64,000 bases of DNA from an uncultured Gammaproteobacteria bacterium (GCA_963759075.1 CAVWXZ010000018.1:49278-113277), one strand, 5' to 3'. Counted from the first letter of the stretch, positions 10,031-17,617 are shown. Notes: a model not told the origin generated them from the letters alone. A program made the numbers and translations.

Positions 10031-11050
10031 TTATATGTTAAAACAACTAGTTAGGGGCGTCTGGCTGCGCTTTTCGGCGGCGAGTCGGCAGGATTCAACT
10101 GACTGAATCCATGAGAGAAATGCAGCGCCTCGGCTGTCAACGACCACTGCTTCAAAGCCTTCCAGCCCGTCAATAACGGCCAGGCCTTCGGCGACACCGA
10201 GCACGAATACGCTGGTGGATAAGGCGTCGGTCAGCGTGCCGTCCGGCCCCACCACCGTGGCGGAGCGCACGGCGGACGGCGGACTTGCCTGTGCCGGGAT
10301 TAATGATGTGGTGATAGCGCTCGCCGTCCGCTTCGAAGTACCGCTCGTAGTCGCCCGAGGTTGAAATCGCCTCGTCACTAACGGCAGCAACGCTACCATT
10401 TCGCCATCACGCCGCGGATCACGAATGCCCACCCGCCAGGGACGACCCAAGACGGTCGCCCAACACGCGCGTGTCACCGCCGGCGCTGACCAGCGCATGT
10501 TCCACGCCACGCTCACGCAATATCGCAACGCCACGTTCCACTGCGTAGCCCTTGGCAATGCCGCCCAGGTCTATACGCACGCCCTCACGCGCAAAGGCGA
10601 CGGTACCACCCTCATCGTCAACAGAGACGAAACGGTAGTCAATCGACCTCAGCGCATCCTGCACGATCGCTTCGTCTGGCTTGACCCGCTCGCGATAGTC
10701 ATAAAGAAAGCCCACGCTGGCATAGGTAATGTCGAAGGCGCCCCGGGTACGCTCGGAGATCGTCTGCTGCCTTTCTGAATCAGCATGCGCAACTCGTCGC
10801 TGGCCACAACCGGGCCCGCGGCCGCCTCTCGATTGACGCGGGAGATCTCGCTTTCAGGTTTCCAGGTGCTCATCAGACGGTCGATGCGGTGCATTTCTTC
10901 GATGACGGCGGCAATGGCCAGTCTCGCCTTGGTTTCGGTCATCGGCCCAAACCTGCACCTGTATGGCCGTGCCCATGATGGCCTTTTCGGTTTGCAGCCA
11001 TTCCGCCGACTCGCCGGAACGGCCACCACCAGCGCGGCAAAAGCGAGCAA
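10031..11050 (-). pseudogene. apbE: FAD:protein FMN transferase ApbE; frame broken at least 4 times
   Basis: ApbE text is spread over three frames. 10649-11050 has EEMHRIDRLMSTWKPESEISRVN. 10419-10715 has DLGGIAKGYAVERGVAILRERGVEHALVSAGGD. 10031-10558 has LTDALSTSVFVLG. The N-terminal AEWLQTEKAIMGTAIQVQVW motif is only readable in an alternative frame. The start is TTG 11050 or up to 11070, and the 3' end is uncertain. Confidence 0.7.
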
Positions 11051-11074
11051 AACAAGCTTCAGATATTCATCGGT

Positions 11075-12052
11075 TCAAGCATCGTGACCCTCAATGACGT
11101 CCAACGGACTCGAAACGCCCTGCGCGCCTTTGTTGAGAACATGGGTATAGATCATGGTTGTGTTGACGTGCGAATGGCCGAGCAGTTTCTGCACAGTACG
11201 GATGTCGTAGCCATTTTCAAGCAGATGCGTCGCAAAACTGTGACGCAATACGTGCGCTGAAATCCGTTTCGTGAGGCCAATTCGTCGTGCCGCCTCTTTC
11301 AGCGCACGGCCAGGCGTTGACGGAGACGCGTGAAAACGTTGAATCTCCCCGGTCTGATGATTGGCGGTTCGCTTTGCGGCAGGAAACACAAATTGCCAGC
11401 GCCACTCACTGTCTGCACCGGGATATTTCCGGCCAAGCGCGTACGGTAGCGGTGCGCGACCGTAGCCGTCCTTCAGGTCGCGTCGGTGTATTGCCTCGAC
11501 CTGTTGCAGATGCACTTTCAGATGGTCCGCCAGGCTGGCCGGCAGAATTGTTACCCTGTCCTTGTTGCCTTTACCGCAACGAACTGTAATCTGGTGATAT
11601 CCGAAGTCGATATCCTTGACGCGCAGACGCAGACACTCCATCAGGCGCATACCTGATCCGTACAACAGCGATAGCATGAGCCATCTCGTACCGGCGACTT
11701 CGCCCAGCACCCGCCTGACCTCCTCGGCGGTGAGCACAACCGGCAAGCGTCTCGGACGCTTCGCACGATCAATGTCGGAAAGCCAAGGCAGCTCTATATC
11801 CAGGACTTTCTGATATAGGAACAAAATGGCGCTGAGGGCCTGGTTCTGCGTTGATGCCGCGACCCGTTTTTTGGTCGCCAGATGGTTCAAGAAAGCAGTC
11901 ACCTCGTGCGCGCCCATGTCGCGCGGGTGACGTTTGCCATGAAAAAGAATAAACCTCCGAATCCACTGAATGTAAGTCGCTTCCGTACGATAGCTAAAGT
12001 GCTTACGCCGGATAACCGTGCGCACCTCGTCAAGCAATCGTGGCCTGTGCAT
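11075..12052 (-). CDS. intI: integron integrase (tyrosine recombinase IntI), 325 aa
   Basis: ATG at 12052 with GGAGG 7 nt upstream. N-terminus: MHRPRLLDEVRTVIRRKHFSYRTEATYIQWIRRFILFH. IntI-specific insertion text: YALGRKYPGADSEWRWQFVFPAA. Catalytic context: AHVLRHSFATHLL..LLGHSHVNTTMIYTHV. It is divergent from an attC-bounded cassette array. Confidence 0.9.
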   Translation of the reverse strand: MHRPRLLDEVRTVIRRKHFSYRTEATYIQWIRRFILFHGKRHPRDMGAHEVTAFLNHLATKKRVAASTQNQALSAILFLYQKVLDIELPWLSDIDRAKRPRRLPVVLTAEEVRRVLGEVAGTRWLMLSLLYGSGMRLMECLRLRVKDIDFGYHQITVRCGKGNKDRVTILPASLADHLKVHLQQVEAIHRRDLKDGYGRAPLPYALGRKYPGADSEWRWQFVFPAAKRTANHQTGEIQRFHASPSTPGRALKEAARRIGLTKRISAHVLRHSFATHLLENGYDIRTVQKLLGHSHVNTTMIYTHVLNKGAQGVSSPLDVIEGHDA

Positions 12053-12199
12053 CCTTGCACCTCCTGAGTATCTGATCTTGGGTGTTTTCCCCCATTGCCT
12101 CGAACTAAACGAGTGTCTAAAGTAAGCATGAGGAACGCAAGACGCAGAGTACAAGGCGCCAGGCAAATTCGCCAAACTGCCAGACCCAGGCCTGGCGTT

Positions 12200-12291
12200 G
12201 TTAAACAATTGATTTAACGGGAGAAGACCGTGGGCCAGCCAGCGCTCCGCAAATTCGCTTTTTGCGTTGAGCCTTCTATTAATAGTTAGGC
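12200..12291 (+). other. attI-like region; putative crossover core GTTAGGC at 12285-12291
   Basis: This is the first GTTRRRY core downstream of the divergent intI start. It is preceded by the inverted repeat GTTAAAcaattgaTTTAAC (12200-12218). The first cassette ORF starts at 12414. Confidence 0.45.
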
Positions 12292-12413
12292 CGCATCTGG
12301 AGCGCTGCAGCCGCCGTCCGTCAGCTGCGCAGATCTTCAGTACTACTTGGACAGATTCGGCTGGCAGCTCAAGTACGCCATTCAAATATTTTTAGGACGA
12401 GGCGGTATAAAAA

Positions 12414-12815
12414 ATGCCAATGCAAGAATCAATGTCAATTGACCTTGTCTACCAAGCGATCTACGAGGCGCTCAATCTCTCGGATTCGACGCTACAGATT
12501 TGGATGACATTTACGTTTGCACTCATTGCTGCAGCGCACTTGGGGGGAAGTCGCATAAACGGATCTACATACAAACTTGTATCGAGTTTGTACGGGGTCT
12601 ACGCAGGCGTTCTGGTTGTTAAATATGTCAGCGCAGCTCATCAAATACTGCACTATCAAAATGTAATGAACCTGCGTGGATTCGAGCCGTGGCCCGTCCC
12701 TAAACCAGTTGGAGCTATCATTGGAGCAGGCACATTGCTACTCATGGTTGGAGGAACTATAGCGACCCTATGGTTCGTTAACAAAATCCGGCGAGAGAAT
12801 AGTGCTGATCAGTAA
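12414..12815 (+). CDS. cassette 1: small membrane protein, 133 aa, unknown function
   Basis: Intact ORF with 3-4 hydrophobic segments (IWMTFTFALIAAAHLGG, LYGVYAGVLVV, GAGTLLLMVGGTIATLWFV). It is the first ORF after attI. Confidence 0.6.
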   Translation: MPMQESMSIDLVYQAIYEALNLSDSTLQIWMTFTFALIAAAHLGGSRINGSTYKLVSSLYGVYAGVLVVKYVSAAHQILHYQNVMNLRGFEPWPVPKPVGAIIGAGTLLLMVGGTIATLWFVNKIRRENSADQ

Positions 12816-12912
12816 CGTGTCAGCGAAACCTTCACAAGAGCTCCTTGTCGACAGGCGACAGAGACGGAGTGGAAGTCATATGCTTTTTCGAATAGTTGCC
12901 GTCCGATTAGGC
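12810..12912 (+). repeat. degenerate attC-like site (CAGTAAC ... ATTAGGC)
   Basis: The left end AGTAACGTGTCAGCG and right end GTTGCCGTCCGATTAGGC resemble the consensus ends of the neighbouring attC sites. The R-prime core has A instead of G. Confidence 0.35.
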
Positions 12913-12920
12913 GCACTATT

Positions 12921-13301
12921 ATGAGCCAGTTACTTCGTCGTGCCCTATATGTGCTTTTTGGAGTACTCCCCTGCGCGGGCGCTATAACCTTCATTTTCTA
13001 TGCCCTGGCGCATCCGGAAAAACAAGTCAGTTTCTCCTTCGCGGTTTTCAGCACCCTCTCGCTCATCGGTTTTGTCTCCGGTCTAGTCGCAGTTCTCTTT
13101 ATGAACAGTTTGAAACCAAACAGTCGCCGCATCATTCGATTCGGTGTAATAGCGGGATCAGTCATCTATTTTCCGTTCGCCGTTTTCGGCCTCTTGTATC
13201 TCCGGTCTTTTTTATTGCTCGCGCCCCTCATGGTCGGTATTGCACTTACATTTGAACTTAGTGCGCCTAACAAGGCGCTGCAGCGGACGGAACATGAATA
13301 A
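12921..13301 (+). CDS. cassette 2: small membrane protein, 126 aa, unknown function
   Basis: Intact ORF with four hydrophobic helices. The last 12 codons (..APNKALQRTEHE) are encoded by the attC site. Confidence 0.6.
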   Translation: MSQLLRRALYVLFGVLPCAGAITFIFYALAHPEKQVSFSFAVFSTLSLIGFVSGLVAVLFMNSLKPNSRRIIRFGVIAGSVIYFPFAVFGLLYLRSFLLLAPLMVGIALTFELSAPNKALQRTEHE

Positions 13302-13352
13302 AGTGCAACAAAAGAGCGACGGCGTTGCCGCCGCTGAGCTTGGACGTTAGGT
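13265..13352 (+). repeat. attC site (88 bp, subfamily A)
   Basis: GCCTAAC AAGGCGCTGCAGCGGACGG ... GCCGCCGCTGAGCTTGGAC GTTAGGT. It has RYYYAAC and GTTRRRY cores with imperfect internal dyad symmetry. Confidence 0.8.
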
Positions 13353-13376
13353 GGCTACAGGAGGCGTTGTTTTGGA

Positions 13377-14048
13377 ATGTCGGTGAATACTCGGGCACGC
13401 ATCGTCGAAGGGGGCGTCATCGTCGGGAGCATTCTCCTTGCGTTCGCGATTGACGCAGGCTGGTCGGCTCGGGGCGAGGCGCGGGACCAGGCGGTGATCC
13501 GGGGTGCCTTGTACTCCGAGATGCAGTCCACCGTCGACCGCATCGATGGGCACTTGGAACGTCGGCGTCAGTTCGCGGAATCGCTGGCGACCTTCCTCGG
13601 GTCGTCACCCACCGCACTGGCCGACCTTAGTTCGGATTCGGCCGGAAGTCTCCTGAGATCACTGACATTTCTTGCTCCGTTCACGGCCTCGATTGACCCC
13701 GTCCGCTCCGCCGACGTCGCGAGACTGGACGACGTTGCGCTCCGGACCCTGCTTGGTGACTGGATGGGCGCCGCTGAGAACGTGGCCGAGGATCAGACGT
13801 TCCTTGTAGCCGCCTCCATCGAACTAGCCAGGCTCTCCGGACTCGTTGGAGGACCTCGCGCCCTCTCGAGGTTCGACTTTCCGGAGGTGCCGCAGCCCAA
13901 TGTGGGCCTAAGCCGACTGCGATCGGAGGGCCAGTTCGTCGACGCCATACTGGTCTTCGATAGAAGGGAGCAAAACAACCTCCGGAAGATCCGCGAACTC
14001 CGTGAACACACGGTGTCGGTTCTGTTCCAACTGGAGTCCAGACGGTAG
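13377..14048 (+). CDS. cassette 3: N-terminally anchored protein, 223 aa, unknown function
   Basis: Intact ORF with AGGAGG 9 nt upstream of the ATG. It has one N-terminal TM segment (GGVIVGSILLAFAIDAGW) followed by a helical soluble domain. Confidence 0.6.
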   Translation: MSVNTRARIVEGGVIVGSILLAFAIDAGWSARGEARDQAVIRGALYSEMQSTVDRIDGHLERRRQFAESLATFLGSSPTALADLSSDSAGSLLRSLTFLAPFTASIDPVRSADVARLDDVALRTLLGDWMGAAENVAEDQTFLVAASIELARLSGLVGGPRALSRFDFPEVPQPNVGLSRLRSEGQFVDAILVFDRREQNNLRKIRELREHTVSVLFQLESRR

Positions 14049-14053
14049 TAGCC

Positions 14054-14171
14054 ACCTAACAAGGAATTGCTGCTGACGCGGTCTGCTCAAAAGGTCCGGA
14101 GTTGTTCGGCTTGCACCTCACAACTCCGGGTCAGCATCTTGGTCGCGCAGCAGAATTCCGGGTCGTTAGGT
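14054..14171 (+). repeat. attC site (118 bp, subfamily B)
   Basis: ACCTAAC AAGGAATTGCTGCTGACGCG ... CGCGCAGCAGAATTCC GGGTC GTTAGGT. The arms pair with two unpaired left-arm bases, as expected for attC extrahelical bases. Confidence 0.8.
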
Positions 14172-14175
14172 CTGC

Positions 14176-14204
14176 TTGACGCGTAAATACGTTGTACGTA
14201 CAAT
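14176..14204 (+). promoter_or_regulatory. cassette-internal sigma70-like promoter with palindromic operator
   Basis: TTGACG (14176-14181), a 17-nt spacer, then TACAAT (14199-14204). The perfect 12-bp palindrome TTGTACGTACAA (14192-14203) overlaps the -10. The ATG at 14211 is 6 nt after the -10. Confidence 0.45.
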
Positions 14205-14210
14205 GTACAT

Positions 14211-14720
14211 ATGCTTAAGTTCGAATGGGATACAAGGAAGGATGCCTCGAACCGCCGGAAACATGGCGTTTCTTTTGAGGAAGCTCAAACGGTTTTCTTT
14301 GACGAATTCGCCACACAGTTTTACGACAATGAGCATTCGGGAGACGAGGATCGTTTCATCATGCTGGGCTTAAGTAGCCAGCTACGAATCCTGGTCGTTT
14401 GTCACTGCGAAAAATCGGGTGGCAACATCATACGGATCATCTCTGCAAGGAAGGCGACGAGATCTGAACGCAAATTTTACGCCGGTGACAAAACGATGAA
14501 AGCTGAATACGATTTTTCAAAGATGAAGGGGCGAAAGAACCCGTATGCATCAAAGTTGAAAAAGCAGGTCACAATTCGCATGAGTGAAGATGTGATCGGT
14601 TATTTCAAAGACATGGCAGAAGAAACCGGAATACCGTACCAGAGCCTGATTAATCTTTATTTGCGCGATTGCGTATCCAAGCATCGCAAGATTAACCTAA
14701 AGTGGGCAACGCAGACCTAA
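14211..14720 (+). CDS. brnT: cassette 4: in-frame BrnT toxin-BrnA antitoxin fusion ORF, 169 aa
   Basis: The N-terminal 90 aa are BrnT/DUF497 (MLKFEWDTRKDASNRRKHGVSFEEA..IIRIISARKATRSERKFY). The C-terminal part from M96 (14496) is BrnA (MKAEYDFSKMKGRKNPYASKLKKQVTIRMSEDVIGYF..YQSLINLYLRD). The paralogous cassette at 17109-17617 has the two genes separate. Confidence 0.75.
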   Translation: MLKFEWDTRKDASNRRKHGVSFEEAQTVFFDEFATQFYDNEHSGDEDRFIMLGLSSQLRILVVCHCEKSGGNIIRIISARKATRSERKFYAGDKTMKAEYDFSKMKGRKNPYASKLKKQVTIRMSEDVIGYFKDMAEETGIPYQSLINLYLRDCVSKHRKINLKWATQT

Positions 14721-14803
14721 CAAGGCGCTGCAGCGGACGGAGGAAACATAAAGTGCAAGCAGTGAAAAAGGCGGCGTGTAGCCGCTGAGCTAAGACGTTA
14801 GTC
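14715..14803 (+). repeat. attC site (89 bp, subfamily A)
   Basis: ACCTAAC AAGGCGCTGCAGCGGACGG ... GTAGCCGCTGAGCTAAGAC GTTAGTC. The TAA inside the left core is the stop codon of the fusion ORF. Confidence 0.75.
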
Positions 14804-14814
14804 AGCTTTTTCGC

Positions 14815-14843
14815 TTGTTGCGTGATGCGCACCGTGCTACACT
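14815..14843 (+). promoter_or_regulatory. cassette-internal sigma70-like promoter (higBA)
   Basis: TTGTTG (14815-14820), a 17-nt spacer, then TACACT (14838-14843). The ATG at 14850 is 6 nt after the -10. Confidence 0.4.
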
Positions 14844-14849
14844 AATGGC

Positions 14850-15128
14850 ATGATTAAGTCATTTCGCCACAAGGGACTGCGGCGTTTTTACATAAGTGGA
14901 AGCAAGGCAGGGATTCAATCCAAGCACGCTTCTCGCTTACGAATGCAATTGGCCGCTCTTGATACAGCTCATACTATAGAAGACATGGATATACCGGGTT
15001 ATCGACTACACCCGCTGAAAGGTCGAAAGAAACGACGTTGGTCAATTTGGGTGAGCGGAAATTGGCGTCTTACATTTGAAATTGAGGATGGCAACATCCA
15101 TGTCATTGATTACGAGGACTACCACTGA
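14850..15128 (+). CDS. higB: cassette 5: HigB-type toxin (RelE/ParE superfamily, plasmid-maintenance killer family)
   Basis: MIKSFRHKGLRRFY..LDTAHTIEDMDIPGYRLHPLKGRKKRRWSIWVSGNWRLTFEIEDGNIHVIDYEDYH, 92 aa. Its stop overlaps the start of higA (ATGA). Confidence 0.8.
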   Translation: MIKSFRHKGLRRFYISGSKAGIQSKHASRLRMQLAALDTAHTIEDMDIPGYRLHPLKGRKKRRWSIWVSGNWRLTFEIEDGNIHVIDYEDYH

Positions 15129-15448
15129 TGTCTATGCATAATCCGCCGCATCCAGGTGAGTTTATTAAGGCAACTTATATTGCTCCTTTTGAGATTAGCA
15201 TTCGCTCGCTCGCGGAGAGTCTGGACGTATCGCCCTCAACGTTGACCCGTGTTATTAACGGTCGTAGTGGAATTAGCCCCGAGATGGCATTGAGGCTTGC
15301 CAAGGCGCTTGGTCGGTCTCCTGAGAGTTGGCTGGCTATGCAGCACAGCTATGACCTATGGCATGCCAAGAAATCGGCGAATCTGACTGATGTTCAGAAG
15401 GTTCGGTTTGAAGCTGCCGACCATATCGCTGCAGCGGACGGATCATGA
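15128..15448 (+). CDS. higA: HigA-type antitoxin (XRE HTH)
   Basis: HPGEFIKATYIAPFEISIRSLAESLDVSPSTLTRVINGRSGISPEMALRLAKALGRSPESWLAMQ. The last codons run into the attC site. Confidence 0.8.
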   Translation: MSMHNPPHPGEFIKATYIAPFEISIRSLAESLDVSPSTLTRVINGRSGISPEMALRLAKALGRSPESWLAMQHSYDLWHAKKSANLTDVQKVRFEAADHIAAADGS

Positions 15449-15503
15449 ATAGAGTGCAACAGAATTGCATCGGCGTTGCCGCCGCTGAGCTTGTACGTTA
15501 GGT
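15416..15503 (+). repeat. attC site (88 bp, subfamily A) with degenerate left core
   Basis: GCCGACC ATATCGCTGCAGCGGACGG ... GCCGCCGCTGAGCTTGTAC GTTAGGT. The left core is GACC instead of TAAC. Confidence 0.65.
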
Positions 15504-15552
15504 CGCTCCTTCCCGACGCTACGCATCGAAGATTTGGTGGACGAAGCCGCCA

Positions 15553-15771
15553 CTATTCTCCGTACTGAAACACCTTCTCGAGTGGCGCGTGGAACACGCG
15601 AGCGATCCTGAAGGCGACTTCCAGCGATGGGGAGTACTTGTTCCTCTCGATCGCGTTGACGGTCTGACGCGTGACGCCGATGCGGTCCGCCAACTCCTGC
15701 TGCGTCATCTCACCATGCTGAAATCGAAGGACGCGGATCTCGTTCGTGATGAGGCCACCGGACTTGCCCAT
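15553..15771 (-). CDS. cassette 6 (inverted): short XRE-family HTH regulator, 72 aa
   Basis: IRVLRFQHGEMTQQELADRIGVTRQTVNAIERNKYSPSLEVAFRIARVFHAPLEKVF. Its start lies 3 nt downstream of the stop of the membrane-protein gene. Confidence 0.75.
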   Translation of the reverse strand: MGKSGGLITNEIRVLRFQHGEMTQQELADRIGVTRQTVNAIERNKYSPSLEVAFRIARVFHAPLEKVFQYGE

Positions 15772-15774
15772 GGA

Positions 15775-16188
15775 TCAGGCACCCCGACGGTACATGACGA
15801 GTTGCGACCCGATCTCGACGAGCTGCGCGATCACCCAGAAGCCGAGCAGCACGTGAGTGAAAAGGAAGTTTCCCTCCGAGACCACGGCCAGGCAAAGGGC
15901 GAAGAAGACTCCAGTCGCCAGAACGTACCCGGCGTTGCGCATGCCTTTCAGCTGAATCAGCGTGTCTCGCTCGTCGGTGGTCGAACGACGGTCCACGACG
16001 GCGATCACCACGTGTCCGGCGATCTGTATCGCCACGAGCACGACGACCGCGAGGACGAACAGTGCTACATCCTGCGGCATGACATTTGCCGCGTCGCTCG
16101 GCAGCACACTGGCAAAGTAGAATGCAAAGACTGCGACGAGGCTACCGCCCATCAGCCACAGGCTCTTCTCTTGAAACGACAGGTCCAC
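15775..16188 (-). CDS. 4-TM membrane protein partner of the XRE regulator, 137 aa
   Basis: GTG start with AGGAGG upstream and four hydrophobic helices. The gene order (membrane protein, then short XRE) matches 49236-49884. The upstream palindrome TGACAnnnTGTCA lies at 16218-16230. Confidence 0.6.
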   Translation of the reverse strand: MDLSFQEKSLWLMGGSLVAVFAFYFASVLPSDAANVMPQDVALFVLAVVVLVAIQIAGHVVIAVVDRRSTTDERDTLIQLKGMRNAGYVLATGVFFALCLAVVSEGNFLFTHVLLGFWVIAQLVEIGSQLVMYRRGA

Positions 16189-16308
16189 GACGGCCTCCTA
16201 GTGGTGTCTGGATAATATGACAGTGTGTCAAATAAACACGACAGGCTCGAGATGTCAACTATTTGCGACACGGCGGAGCTGAATCGGGCTATGGCAAGCG
16301 TCGGAGCG

Positions 16309-16407
16309 ACCTAACAAGCGATTGCTACTGACGCCGAAGAAGGGGTAGGTACGCGCTTCGCGCTTGCGGGGGTGCGGGCGGCGCAGCAGAATCGCGAGAC
16401 GTTAGCC
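16309..16407 (+). repeat. attC site (99 bp, subfamily B)
   Basis: ACCTAAC AAGCGATTGCTACTGACGCCG ... CGGCGCAGCAGAATCGC GAGAC GTTAGCC. The arms pair, leaving bulged left-arm bases. Confidence 0.75.
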
Positions 16408-16426
16408 AGCATAAAAAGGCACATTC

Positions 16427-16456
16427 TTGACGTGTATGTACATTTGTGCATATACT
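16427..16456 (+). promoter_or_regulatory. cassette-internal sigma70-like promoter (second brnTA family)
   Basis: TTGACG (16427-16432), an 18-nt spacer, then TATACT (16451-16456). The ATG at 16464 is 7 nt after the -10. Confidence 0.4.
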
Positions 16457-16463
16457 TCCTTCA

Positions 16464-16733
16464 ATGGACTACGAATGGGATCCGGCCAAGGCCCAGGCCA
16501 ACCTCCAAAAGCACGGCGTTGATTTCGCCGATGCCGTCATTGCTCTTGAGGATGAACTGGCGCTAACACAACCCGATCCCGACTCTGTTGACGAGGAAAG
16601 ACTGATTTCTCTTGGCATGGACGCAATCGGTCGCTTACTGGTTACGGTGTTTACCTACCGCAGCGATCGCATACGAATCATTTCCTCTCGAAAAGCGAAA
16701 CGGTCGGAATGCCGACGCTACGAGGAAAACTAA
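16464..16733 (+). CDS. brnT: cassette 7: BrnT-family toxin (DUF497), divergent paralog
   Basis: MDYEWDPAKAQANLQKHGVDFADAV..RIRIISSRKAKRSECRRYEE. The start is taken at the MDYEWD ATG rather than the upstream ORF start at 16446. Confidence 0.75.
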   Translation: MDYEWDPAKAQANLQKHGVDFADAVIALEDELALTQPDPDSVDEERLISLGMDAIGRLLVTVFTYRSDRIRIISSRKAKRSECRRYEEN

Positions 16734-16734
16734 T

Positions 16735-16989
16735 ATGCGTGACGAATACGATTTCAGTAAGGCCAAGCGTGGTTCGGTTGTCAAATCGCCAACCGGAAAA
16801 ACCCGCATTACAATTCGCATTGACGACGATCTATTGGCTTGGTTCAAGGACCAGGTGAACAAGGCCGGCGGTGGAAATTATCAGACGCTGATTAACCAAG
16901 CTCTCCGTGAATTCATTTCTCAGAGCAATGAACCGCTCGAAGCGACCCTTCGCCGAGTGCTCCGCGAAGAACTGCGAGATGCTGGCTAA
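16735..16989 (+). CDS. brnA: BrnA-family antitoxin
   Basis: MRDEYDFSKAKRGSVVKSPTGKTRITIRIDDDLLAWFKDQVNKAGGGNYQTLINQALREF. The ATG is 1 nt after the brnT stop. The TAA stop lies in the attC left core. Confidence 0.75.
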   Translation: MRDEYDFSKAKRGSVVKSPTGKTRITIRIDDDLLAWFKDQVNKAGGGNYQTLINQALREFISQSNEPLEATLRRVLREELRDAG

Positions 16990-17069
16990 CAAGGCGCTGC
17001 AGCGGACGGAGGACAGATAAAGTGCAATTGAAAACAGCGGCGTGCCGCCGCTGAGCTTAGACGTTAGGT
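16984..17069 (+). repeat. attC site (86 bp, subfamily A)
   Basis: GGCTAAC AAGGCGCTGCAGCGGACGG ... GCCGCCGCTGAGCTTAGAC GTTAGGT. Confidence 0.8.
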
Positions 17070-17073
17070 CTGC

Positions 17074-17102
17074 TTGACACGTAAATACGTTGTACGTACA
17101 CT
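17074..17102 (+). promoter_or_regulatory. cassette-internal sigma70-like promoter (duplicate brnTA)
   Basis: TTGACA (17074-17079), a 17-nt spacer, then TACACT (17097-17102). A GTACGTAC palindrome sits in the spacer. The ATG at 17109 is 6 nt after the -10. Confidence 0.45.
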
Positions 17103-17108
17103 GTACGT

Positions 17109-17393
17109 ATGCTCAAGTTCGAATGGGATACAAGGAAGGATGCCTCGAACCGCCGGAAACATGGCGTTTCTTTTGAGGAAGCTCAAACGGTTTTCTTTGA
17201 CGAGTTCGCCACACAGTTTTACGACAATGAGCATTCGGGAGACGAGGATCGTTTCATCATGCTGGGCCTAAGTAGCCAGCTACGAATCCTGGTCGTTTGT
17301 CACTGCGAAGAATCGGGTGGCAACATCATACGGATCATCTCTGCAAGGAAGGCGATGAGATCTGAACGCAAATTCTATGCTGGTACAAAATGA
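17109..17393 (+). CDS. brnT: cassette 8: BrnT-family toxin, 94 aa
   Basis: About 94 percent nucleotide identity by eye to 14211-14495. It ends ..RKFYAGTK with a TGA that overlaps the brnA ATG. Confidence 0.8.
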   Translation: MLKFEWDTRKDASNRRKHGVSFEEAQTVFFDEFATQFYDNEHSGDEDRFIMLGLSSQLRILVVCHCEESGGNIIRIISARKAMRSERKFYAGTK

Positions 17394-17617
17394 TGAAAGC
17401 TGAATACGATTTTTCAAAGATGAAGGGGCGAAAGAACCCGTATGCATCTAAGCTGAAAAAGCAAGTAACCATTCGCATGAGCGAAGATGTCATTGGCTAT
17501 TTCAAAGGCATGGCAGAGGAAACCGGAATACCCTACCAGAGCCTTATTAATCTTTATTTGCGCGATTGCGTGTCCAAGCATCGCAAGATCAGCCTCAAGT
17601 GGGCAACGCAGACCTAA
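17390..17617 (+). CDS. brnA: BrnA-family antitoxin, 75 aa
   Basis: MMKAEYDFSKMKGRKNPYASKLKKQVTIRMSEDVIGYFKGMAEETGIPYQSLINLYLRD. The TAA stop lies in the attC left core. Confidence 0.8.
   Translation: MMKAEYDFSKMKGRKNPYASKLKKQVTIRMSEDVIGYFKGMAEETGIPYQSLINLYLRDCVSKHRKISLKWATQT

Noticed and set aside
12053-12385. N-terminal 111-codon extension of the intI ORF (the track gives 436 aa).
   Set aside because: IntI homolog text begins at MHRPRLLDEV (12052), which has a GGAGG ribosome-binding site. The extension would run through the attI region and has no recombinase-like sequence.
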